Shown one piece after another: positions 56,745 through 64,000 of a stretch of DNA of 64,000 nt. The stretch's first letter is position 1, and the number at the start of each line of letters is the position of its first letter. The stretch covers positions 1,447-65,446 of the forward strand of contig JAWANM010000002.1 in the NCBI GenBank assembly GCA_038895375.1. Reading direction: 5' to 3'. The notes beneath the pieces are model-generated. The model worked only from the letters and a program-made list of their open reading frames with translations. It searched no databases and was not told where the DNA came from. Made by a program: the position numbers and the translations under genes. Source of the stretch: Candidatus Pacearchaeota archaeon (GTDB lineage Archaea > Nanobdellota > Nanobdellia > Pacearchaeales > UBA284).

Positions 56745-57635
56745 ATGAAAATTTATGATGTAATAATTCTTGGAGCCGGACCTGCAGGACTAACTGCTGC
56801 ATTGTATTGCGCAAGATATAAACTCGAAACGCTCGTTCTAGCAAAAGAAGTCGGAGGCAAAGTTAATTATATTCATGTTATAGAAAACTACCCGGGGTTT
56901 CAAAAGATAAGCGGCTTGGAGTTTATAAAAAAATTGAAATCGCAGGTTGAAAAACTCAAAGTTGAAATTAGACAAGAAGAAGTCATTGAAATTGAGAAAG
57001 AAAAAAATTTTATAATTAAAACTCATGAAGGAACTTACTTTTCTCGTGCAATTATAATTGCTTTGGGTACAGAAAACAAAAAGCTAGGTTTGGAAAATGA
57101 GGAAAAATTAATTGGTAAAGGAATAAGCTATTGTGCTACTTGCGATGCTCCTTTATTCAAAAATAAAATAGTTGCTGTAATCGGAAGCGGAAATTCTGCT
57201 GTCATGACTGCTTTATTGCTTGCAGAATATGCTAAAAAAGTTTACTTGATAACAAAATACGAGGAAATGAAAGCAGAAAGTATTAAAGTAGAAGAAATAA
57301 AAAGAAACGCAAAAATAGAGATAATTAAAGGAAATGTGAAAAAAATTATAGGAGAAAAATTTGTCGAAGCCATTGTGCTTGATGATGGTTCTGTGTTAGA
57401 GTGCCAAGGAATTTTTGTCGAAATCGGTAAAGTTCCTGTGACTTCTCTTGCCAGAAAGCTAAAAGTAGAACTCGATGAAAAAGGTTATATAGTTGTGAAT
57501 GAAAAAAGAGAAACCAATGTACCGGGAGTTTTTGCCTGCGGCGATTGTGTCGCAAAACCCCTAAGGCAGATTGTTACTGCAGCAAGCGATGGCGCTATAG
57601 CAGCAAACTCTGCTTATGAATTTTTGAAAAAATAA
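56745..57635 (+). CDS. trxB: thioredoxin reductase
   Basis: FAD site GAGPAGLTAA, redox CATCD, NADPH site GSGNSA. Confidence 0.9.
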   Translation: MKIYDVIILGAGPAGLTAALYCARYKLETLVLAKEVGGKVNYIHVIENYPGFQKISGLEFIKKLKSQVEKLKVEIRQEEVIEIEKEKNFIIKTHEGTYFSRAIIIALGTENKKLGLENEEKLIGKGISYCATCDAPLFKNKIVAVIGSGNSAVMTALLLAEYAKKVYLITKYEEMKAESIKVEEIKRNAKIEIIKGNVKKIIGEKFVEAIVLDDGSVLECQGIFVEIGKVPVTSLARKLKVELDEKGYIVVNEKRETNVPGVFACGDCVAKPLRQIVTAASDGAIAANSAYEFLKK

Positions 57636-57837
57636 AGAATTTCTTATAAAAAATATGAAGCTACTGCGCTGTTTGTGTTATTGCACACAACGGGGTAATT
57701 AGAATTTTTCTTATGTAATTATAAAATTCTTTTTAGTTTTGCTAACCTTGAAAATGTAGATAAAATGCTTGGCAAGTTTGCCACCAGGAGTATTAATTTT
57801 TATCCAGGTCGCCGTAAGTTTTGGTCGTGAGAAAAAG

Positions 57838-57847
57838 TTTTAAAAAA
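57838..57847 (+). promoter_or_regulatory. TATA-box-like element ~28 nt upstream of tRNA-Asp
   Basis: tttaaaaaat preceded by an A-rich BRE-like stretch. Confidence 0.4.
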
Positions 57848-57869
57848 TCTCTTTCTATATATAATACAT

Positions 57870-57941
57870 GCCCCGATGGTGCAACGGTTAACACAGAACC
57901 CTGTCACGGTTCAGATCCGAGTTCGAATCTCGGTCGGGGCG
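57870..57941 (+). tRNA. tRNA-Asp(GUC)
   Basis: GCCCCGATGGTGCAACGGTTAACACAGAACCCTGTCACGGTTCAGATCCGAGTTCGAATCTCGGTCGGGGCG. Anticodon loop CTGTCAC; T-loop GTTCGAATC. Confidence 0.9.
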
Positions 57942-58024
57942 TTCTTTCAGTTTCTTTATAGCCCAACAATTTTATGATTCTACAGTATAATAAAACTTAT
58001 AAATCGGCGTAACATGAAAAAGGC

Positions 58025-58171
58025 ATGACAGAAGAAAAATGTCCTAAATGCAACAATACAGGAATTGTAAAAGAGAAAGACGGCAGTGTGCACGTTTGCT
58101 TCGATTGTTTGAACAAGGGAAAATTAGATCAACATTCGAAAGACATTAAAGAAGCAAAAGTTAAAATTTAA
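58025..58171 (+). CDS. small zinc-ribbon protein (48 aa), below the ORF-track size cutoff
   Basis: MTEEKCPKCNNTGIVKEKDGSVHVCFDCLNKGKLDQHSKDIKEAKVKI, with CxxC...CxxC. Confidence 0.35.
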   Translation: MTEEKCPKCNNTGIVKEKDGSVHVCFDCLNKGKLDQHSKDIKEAKVKI

Positions 58172-58243
58172 TTAAATTACAACTAATTCTTAAGCAAGCA
58201 AGTTTGTCTAAAAGTTTAAATAGATCAAACAGAAAGAAGGATA

Positions 58244-59677
58244 ATGAAACTTAAGCATATTTATGCTATAATTCCGGTAGGATTTCTAAGCAAAACTTCA
58301 CAAAGATTTCATATAGGTAATTTGGCAGCAGCTATTTTAAGAGCTTTAACGCCAAAAGAAATTAAAATTACCATAACAGATGAAAATCTCGGAGGCAAAA
58401 TTAATTTTGATAGCGATGCTGATTTAATACTGCTGCTGAGTGTGATTACAGCAGCAGCTCCTAAGGCATATAGAATTGCTTATGAGTTCAAAAAAAGGGG
58501 CAAAACAGTAGGCATCGGAGGACCACATCCTAGTGTTGCGCCAGAAGAAGCTCTCGAGTTTTGCGATTTTGTCGGCATCGGCGAACTAGAAGGTTATTGG
58601 CACAGAATCTTAAAAGATTTTGAAAACAATAAGCTAAAAAGGATTTACAAAAATAAAAAACCAGTATCTCTTAACAATTTATCTATAGACAGAAGTATAA
58701 TAAAAGACATGAAGAAAAGAGGCCATAAAATAAATTATCTTACTACAGTAGTAACCTACACAACGAGAGGCTGTCCTTATAACTGTGCTTTTTGTACTGT
58801 AACCAATATTTATGGAGCAGAATATAGATTCAGGCCCGTAACAGAAGTTGTGGAAGACCTCTTCAAAGCTGCAGGAAAAAAATTGGGCTTTGCTTTATTT
58901 GTAGATGACAATATTTGGGCCAATCCAAATTATGCCAAAGAACTTTTTAGAGAAATTATAAAAAGAAAACTTAAGATCAAGTGGATTAGTCAAGCAAGTT
59001 TAATGCAAGCTTATGACTTGGAGCTTTTAAAACTTGCCAAAAAAGCAGGATGTTGCGGACTTTACATAGGATACGAAAACGTCAATCCTGAAAGCTTGAA
59101 AGAAGCACATAAACAGGTAAACAAACCAGAACAATTTATAAAATTAACAAAAAATATACATCGTGCAAAAATTCCTATTTTTGGAAGTTTTGTATTTGGC
59201 TTTGACTCTGACACAAAAGAAAGTATAAAGAAAACTGTAGATTTTGCAATAAAAGCAAACTTGGATTATGCTCAATTCTGCATTTTAACGCCATTCAAAA
59301 AAACAGCAATATACGAGAAATTAAAAAAAGAAAAAAGAATTATAGTTGATGGCGAACGAGGAGGAAAGTTTCATGACAATTGGTCTTATTATACTTTTGG
59401 TAATGTTGTTTTCAAGCCTAAAAACATGAGTCCAAAAGAGTTGAAAGAAATACAAGTTTGGGCTTTTAAAAAATTTTTTAGTTTAAAATCTGTAATAAAA
59501 AGATGCGTGCATAGCTTTTTTCGCTATCCTCTCCTTTTTCCTTTTATTGCTTTTTTCAATTTTCCGACGCAAAGTATTTCTAAAGAACAAGCTACGCTCT
59601 ACCCTGAAAAATTGTTGAAAAAAAAGATAAAGGAATGGGAAATTGAGAACAACATTAACACAATAGAAAAACATTAA
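58244..59677 (+). CDS. B12-binding-domain radical SAM enzyme (class B radical SAM)
   Basis: N-terminal Rossmann-like B12-binding region; radical SAM Cx3Cx2C RGCPYNCAFC; 477 aa. Confidence 0.85.
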   Translation: MKLKHIYAIIPVGFLSKTSQRFHIGNLAAAILRALTPKEIKITITDENLGGKINFDSDADLILLLSVITAAAPKAYRIAYEFKKRGKTVGIGGPHPSVAPEEALEFCDFVGIGELEGYWHRILKDFENNKLKRIYKNKKPVSLNNLSIDRSIIKDMKKRGHKINYLTTVVTYTTRGCPYNCAFCTVTNIYGAEYRFRPVTEVVEDLFKAAGKKLGFALFVDDNIWANPNYAKELFREIIKRKLKIKWISQASLMQAYDLELLKLAKKAGCCGLYIGYENVNPESLKEAHKQVNKPEQFIKLTKNIHRAKIPIFGSFVFGFDSDTKESIKKTVDFAIKANLDYAQFCILTPFKKTAIYEKLKKEKRIIVDGERGGKFHDNWSYYTFGNVVFKPKNMSPKELKEIQVWAFKKFFSLKSVIKRCVHSFFRYPLLFPFIAFFNFPTQSISKEQATLYPEKLLKKKIKEWEIENNINTIEKH

Positions 59678-59679
59678 AC

Positions 59680-59690
59680 TTTTTAAACTA
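59680..59690 (+). promoter_or_regulatory. TATA-box-like element ~25 nt upstream of tRNA
   Basis: ttttaaacta. Confidence 0.35.
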
Positions 59691-59709
59691 AAAATTTTTC
59701 TACTCTACA

Positions 59710-59839
59710 GGGTCCGTAGCTCAGCTTGGCAAGAGCACTGGTGTTCCTTGCATCGGAACGGTGAACCTTTTAAGCCAGGTGTCGGGGGTTCAAAATCTAA
59801 CCTTGCAAAAAGGTTGGAATGAAAATCCCCTCGGACCCA
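59710..59839 (+). tRNA. tRNA with two introns (anticodon region and T-loop 59/60); identity ambiguous (Lys-UUU, Arg-UCU or Gly-UCC depending on splice position)
   Basis: GGGTCCG TA GCTC AGCTTGGCAA GAGC A CTGGT [31 nt] GCCAG GTGTC GGGGG TTCAAA [31-nt insert] T CCCCT CGGACCC A. Removing the second insert restores the canonical TTCAAAT T-loop. Confidence 0.65.
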
Positions 59840-59846
59840 TAAAAAA

Positions 59847-61346
59847 TTACTTAGAACAAGGCGTTAGACCTTTCGCAAGAAATATTTTTTTCCATATGGG
59901 CTCTGTGAGCTTTTCGAGTTTTTTATCAAAATTGTCAAGAAATTTTTCAAATTCTTTTGACTTGATTGCTATTGCAGCATCTTTATCTTCTGGTTTTGCC
60001 TTTCTTGTTAGAATATTCTTTTTGAAATTTTTATAATGATCACGAATCGAACATGGCATCAACCAGTTCTTTGGATTTGTTTGATGTGCAAAACCATATT
60101 CGTCTTGCCATTTTCTTCCTCTCTTAAACAGAGGAGAGAATAAAGCATCTTTAAGAGTTTTGCCTTTTTTGTATAGATCAAGAATATTGTCCTCGTAGTA
60201 GGGTATAAAAACACATGGCATTATGTTGCCGTTCCAATCGATATAAAAGTAAGCTCTTCCATAAGCGATACAACCATCTGATAAAACCCCGGAGTTCCAA
60301 AAATCTGCAATACAGTATTTTTTCTTTTTAAGCAAGTAAACCCATTTTCTGAACAGAGCAACTCTTTGCTCTGGAGTTAGCATCAATTCTTTTACTGCTC
60401 TTGCTCTTCCGATAGGCATTAATTGGAAAAGCCACACATATGTTGCACCAAGTTTTTTGAAAATAAAATCATAAAACTTATCATCCAGAAGCGTGTTGAT
60501 GTTTTCTCTTGTAGCCGTTAAAGAAACGCCAAAAGGGACACCTACGGCTTTCAAATTGTTTGCGGCCTCGAGAATTTTTTTAAAAACTCCCTTTCCTCTT
60601 CTTTCGTCTGTCTCTTTTTCGAAGCCTTCCATCGAGATTGCAGGCGTAACATTGCCCAATTCGGCAAGCTTTGAAGCAACTTCTTTGCTTATAAGAGTTC
60701 CGTTTGTATAGACCAAGAAAAATATGTCATCAAACTTTTTCCATATATCGAACAAAGTTTTCCCTTCTGAATTATAAATGAAAGGCTCGCCACCGCTGAT
60801 TACTATAAATCTATCGCCAAAAATATCGTGAGCTTCTTGAATAACTCTTTCTACTATATGAAAAGGCAAGGTAGGAGCTTCTGCTTTAGAACTTGCATAA
60901 CATCCCAAGCATTTTAAATTGCATTTTTGTGTCGGTGAAATCACGATAAAACAAGGAGGAGCAAAACCATATTTTTGTTTGAACTCTTCTGGAGCTTTGT
61001 TTTCATATCTGCCTTCTGTCCATTGCGCTCTAACAAGAGTATTTATTATTTTTTGTCCGACTTCTTTTGAAATGTAGCCTTTCTTGAAGTTTCTCAATGC
61101 GCAATGCAACATTGCTCTCAAAAAATAGAATTTCATCAACTGAACTTCTTTTAGCCTATTCGGAGTTTTTTCGACAAGAGTTTTGTAGATCATTCTCTCT
61201 AGATAGCCAACAATGAGCCATCTCATTATTGGCAGAGCAACAGTAGCTCTTAATAGCTTAGTAATAATATGAACTTTTTCAGGCTGATTTGTAGCTTTTT
61301 CTCGAATATTTTCATCAAGCGATTGATACTGTCCCAAATTTTCCAT
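59847..61346 (-). CDS. radical SAM enzyme with C-terminal SPASM/twitch-like Cys cluster
   Basis: CNLKCLGC (Cx3Cx2C) and the C-terminal C...C..C region CIAYGRAYFYIDWNGNIMPC; 499 aa. Confidence 0.8.
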   Translation of the reverse strand: MENLGQYQSLDENIREKATNQPEKVHIITKLLRATVALPIMRWLIVGYLERMIYKTLVEKTPNRLKEVQLMKFYFLRAMLHCALRNFKKGYISKEVGQKIINTLVRAQWTEGRYENKAPEEFKQKYGFAPPCFIVISPTQKCNLKCLGCYASSKAEAPTLPFHIVERVIQEAHDIFGDRFIVISGGEPFIYNSEGKTLFDIWKKFDDIFFLVYTNGTLISKEVASKLAELGNVTPAISMEGFEKETDERRGKGVFKKILEAANNLKAVGVPFGVSLTATRENINTLLDDKFYDFIFKKLGATYVWLFQLMPIGRARAVKELMLTPEQRVALFRKWVYLLKKKKYCIADFWNSGVLSDGCIAYGRAYFYIDWNGNIMPCVFIPYYEDNILDLYKKGKTLKDALFSPLFKRGRKWQDEYGFAHQTNPKNWLMPCSIRDHYKNFKKNILTRKAKPEDKDAAIAIKSKEFEKFLDNFDKKLEKLTEPIWKKIFLAKGLTPCSK

Positions 61347-61402
61347 TTTTAAATTATAGTGAAATTTACTTTAAAAAGCTTACTTTGCTTTTGCTGCTTA
61401 TC

Positions 61403-62524
61403 TTAAAACTTGAAAATAAATTTATCAACTTTTTTTCTAGCTTTTTCTCTCTCTTTTTGATGGTGCTTTAAAAAAGCGTTTATTTTATCGATGAGATAAG
61501 CCTTGAGCTCGCTCGTCAAGAGCTTTCCAGTTTTATAGTCCTCGCGAATTTTTTCTATTTTTTTATCATCCGGTTCAAAAAAATAGTAGAGCCATTGAAA
61601 AGAAACATCGATATCTGGATTTCCTCCAAATTTTCTGTGCTTTTCGATACTTTCTTTTCCTCCCGAAAATGCGTGTTTCATAATTTTTTCTCGAACTTTT
61701 TCTGGCGTATCCGTAGTCCAGATCGTCGAATTCGGATCGCTTGTCGACATCTTGCTTCCATAGGTTTTTAGTCCTGAAAGAAACTTTGCATGAATAATTG
61801 CCGGCTTCAAATAGCCAAGCTTTGGCAGCACATCTCTCGCTATTCTGAAATGAGGATCTTGATCTATGCCCAAAGGAATCAAGCATGGTAAATTCTTTCC
61901 TTCAAGCACGGATGGCAAAAAACAAGGAACGGCTTGCATTGCCGTATAAAACAAAGAACCAACATTTGTTTCGTTTGTAAAACCAAAAACAGCTTTGACT
62001 GTAGAAAAAGTTATTTTTTTTGCCACTTTGCAAGCCTCTTTATATAGCAAGTTGGCATGCTTTGTATCGATAATAAAATGCGTTTTTCTATAATCAAAAC
62101 CCAAAGCAATAATATCGAGCATATTCTCTCGAGTCCATTTTTGAACCTCTTCGAAACTTAAATCTTTACGAAAAAGAAATTTCTCCTCATCTGGAAACTG
62201 AAACCACAATTCACAAGAAAATTTTTCTTGTAGCCACTTACAAAAAACCCAAGGTAAAAGGTGTCCAAAATGAATCGGTCCAGAAGGAGCCCTTCCTGTG
62301 TAGAGAAAAAATTTGTTACCTTTTTCGTATTCGTCGAGAAGCCATGCCAAGTCGCGATGAGCAAAAAAAACTTTTCTTTTTAGCATGAAATGCAAATCGC
62401 CAGTATGTTTTTTAATTCTCTCGAGAAGTTCTGGCGTTAAAATTTCAAGACCAAATGCTTGCACTATTTTTTGATAATCCTTTTCAGTTACTGTTCCTTT
62501 AACTTCGTAAGGCGTAACTTTCAT
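61403..62524 (-). CDS. trpS: tryptophanyl-tRNA synthetase, archaeal/eukaryotic type
   Basis: TGRAPSGPIHFGHL (HIGH) and KMSTS (KMSKS); 373 aa. Confidence 0.88.
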   Translation of the reverse strand: MKVTPYEVKGTVTEKDYQKIVQAFGLEILTPELLERIKKHTGDLHFMLKRKVFFAHRDLAWLLDEYEKGNKFFLYTGRAPSGPIHFGHLLPWVFCKWLQEKFSCELWFQFPDEEKFLFRKDLSFEEVQKWTRENMLDIIALGFDYRKTHFIIDTKHANLLYKEACKVAKKITFSTVKAVFGFTNETNVGSLFYTAMQAVPCFLPSVLEGKNLPCLIPLGIDQDPHFRIARDVLPKLGYLKPAIIHAKFLSGLKTYGSKMSTSDPNSTIWTTDTPEKVREKIMKHAFSGGKESIEKHRKFGGNPDIDVSFQWLYYFFEPDDKKIEKIREDYKTGKLLTSELKAYLIDKINAFLKHHQKEREKARKKVDKFIFKF

Positions 62525-62576
62525 TCAAGCACTAGGAACAAAGATTTTATAAAGTTTTCTTGCTCGTAAAATTAAA

Positions 62577-63608
62577 ATGAAGCACAACGTCAAGATAACG
62601 ATTATCATAATAGCAATGTTTACAATAAGCATGCTCATTGGTCTTTTAGTCATAAATTCTTATGACAAATATTTTGGCAAGACCGCACAAAAAATAGAAA
62701 AAGAAGCCAAGGAGAGAAATATAACAATAGAAAAACCTGAAATCAGCATTGTCCAAGAAACAGTCCCGCCGCCAATGGAACTAAAAAGAACAATCGATAT
62801 AGTCAGTGTTCTTGTAAGTATAGCAATCGCCCTCGCAATCGCCGTGGGCTTGTTTTTCTTGCTTTCTAAGATAAAAATTCACTTAGTAATAAAAGGATGG
62901 TTCGCGATTGTTGTTTTTATTTGTCTCGTAGTTTCGATAACCTTGATTTTTTATCATTTCATAGGTTTTTATGCATTGCTCGATTTCTTTGGTAAAAAAA
63001 TTTCAGTGGCAGAACTTCTCGCTTTGCCAATTGCCTTTGTTTTAACTTTTCTAAAAGTTAAGAAAAAAAGCATAATAGCACACAACATCTCTGAACTGCT
63101 CATTTATCCTGGATTGGCTGTAATCTTTGTTCCATTGCTTAACGTCATAGCCGCCTCTATCTTGCTCGTTTTAATTTCAATATACGATATGATAGCTGTT
63201 TGGAAAACAAAGCACATGCAAGCAATGGCAAAATTTCAGATAGAAAGATTGAAAATTTTTACCGGATTTTTTTTGCCTTATGCAAGTAAAAAAGATAAGA
63301 TTAAAATTGAAAGAATAAAAACAAAACTTAAGAAGATAAAATCAAAAAAGAAAAGAGAAGATTTTTTGAAAAGACAAAAGATAAAAATAAATTTGGCTGT
63401 TTTGGGAGGGGGTGACGTTGCATTCCCTTTAATTTTTGCTGGAACTGTTTTATTGAAATATGGCTTGGCATCTGCTTTAACTGTAATCGCTACTACAGTT
63501 CTCGCTCTTGCTTTATTGCTCATTTTTGCAAAAAAAGGTAAATTCTATCCGGCAATGCCTTTCTTGAGTGTAGGATGCTTCTTCGGTTTGCTCTTGATAG
63601 TGTTATGA
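62577..63608 (+). CDS. presenilin/signal-peptide-peptidase-family intramembrane aspartyl protease homolog
   Basis: YD (SIYDMIAV), GxGD (AVLGGGDVAFPLIF) and PAL-like (PAMPFL) motifs in a multi-TM protein. Confidence 0.75.
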   Translation: MKHNVKITIIIIAMFTISMLIGLLVINSYDKYFGKTAQKIEKEAKERNITIEKPEISIVQETVPPPMELKRTIDIVSVLVSIAIALAIAVGLFFLLSKIKIHLVIKGWFAIVVFICLVVSITLIFYHFIGFYALLDFFGKKISVAELLALPIAFVLTFLKVKKKSIIAHNISELLIYPGLAVIFVPLLNVIAASILLVLISIYDMIAVWKTKHMQAMAKFQIERLKIFTGFFLPYASKKDKIKIERIKTKLKKIKSKKKREDFLKRQKIKINLAVLGGGDVAFPLIFAGTVLLKYGLASALTVIATTVLALALLLIFAKKGKFYPAMPFLSVGCFFGLLLIVL

Positions 63609-63610
63609 GA

Positions 63611-64000
63611 TCAATAAATGATGCCTACTACTACGCCAACGATTTGTTCAAAACGAACTTTTCCGTCGCTAAATACGGCATTATCGCCTTTTGTCTCACA
63701 ATACCATCCTTTTTCGTCTTTACCTATTTTAACAACTCTATGCGAAACAATCTCGTTTCCTTTTTTAAAAGAAATAATGTCTCCGACATGGATCTCTTTT
63801 GGACTTGATGGCTTTACTTCTATACCGTTTGCTTCTTTGTCCATAGTCGGATCCATACTGTTTGTATCGGCATAACTCACGATTGTTGCATTACCAATAT
63901 AGATTATAATTTTGTCTTGAAAGACTTGGATGTTGCTTTCATTAATTTTATCCGATGGGCTTGGTTTTTCTAAAAGAAATGAGGAACTTGAGAGAGCTCT
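63611..64000 (-). CDS. signal peptidase I (S26/Sec11-like), partial; N-terminus beyond window end
   Basis: Reading frame stays open from 64000. Catalytic-Ser region NSMDPT (SM.PT box) and C-terminal GDIISFKK...RVVKI...TKGDNAVFSDGKV match S26. Confidence 0.65.
   Translation of the reverse strand, partial: RALSSSSFLLEKPSPSDKINESNIQVFQDKIIIYIGNATIVSYADTNSMDPTMDKEANGIEVKPSSPKEIHVGDIISFKKGNEIVSHRVVKIGKDEKGWYCETKGDNAVFSDGKVRFEQIVGVVVGIIY

Noticed and set aside
59761-60036. 91-aa plus-strand ORF.
   Set aside because: Starts inside the intron-containing tRNA and runs antisense into the radical SAM gene.
1-64000. Searched for CRISPR arrays, rRNA genes, IS elements/transposases and integrases.
   Set aside because: None found. 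All direct repeats seen are intragenic coding repeats (surface protein, pentapeptide protein, pilin paralog 5-prime ends, tRNA intron GUUUGCUAAACU x2), not spacer-separated CRISPR repeats.

Overview
AT-rich (roughly 30% GC), densely coded 64-kb window with an archaeal gene set. Recognisable genes include family-B DNA polymerase (N-terminus at the window edge), FEN1, RadB, type IA topoisomerase, CDC48, archaeal-type GluRS and TrpRS, class-III (type IV pilin-like) signal peptides, and BHB-type tRNA introns. Small proteins, compact or unusual aaRS genes (LeuRS, AlaRS) and many 1-10 nt gene overlaps suggest a reduced-genome, DPANN-like archaeon. That lineage call is an inference from gene content only. 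I support about 85 features: five aminoacyl-tRNA synthetases (GluRS, bacterial-type LeuRS, a compact AlaRS, SerRS, TrpRS), five tRNAs (three with introns, one with a second intron in the T-loop), and an unannotated SRP (7S) RNA visible as a GC-rich island. There is a cluster of tRNA/rRNA modification genes (NSUN, Nip7-like, three PP-loop thiolase-like ATPases, TrmI, SPOUT). A redox cluster holds rubrerythrin, a lipobox thioredoxin, CcdA, a CooS/HCP-family protein, DUF192 and TrxR. CDC48 sits next to a JAMM protease. Five class-III-signal (pilin-like) small secreted proteins are clustered. A surface protein carries a recent internal tandem duplication. There is a catalytically degenerate HtpX homolog with a decayed gene fragment downstream. 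A three-gene operon of unknown function lies next to a minimal nucleotidyltransferase. No CRISPR array, rRNA or obvious transposon was seen. The best candidates for undescribed biology are the unknown operon (7.4-12.2 kb), the pilin-like cluster without an assembly ATPase, the non-canonical tRNA intron arrangements, and the short CooS-like protein.
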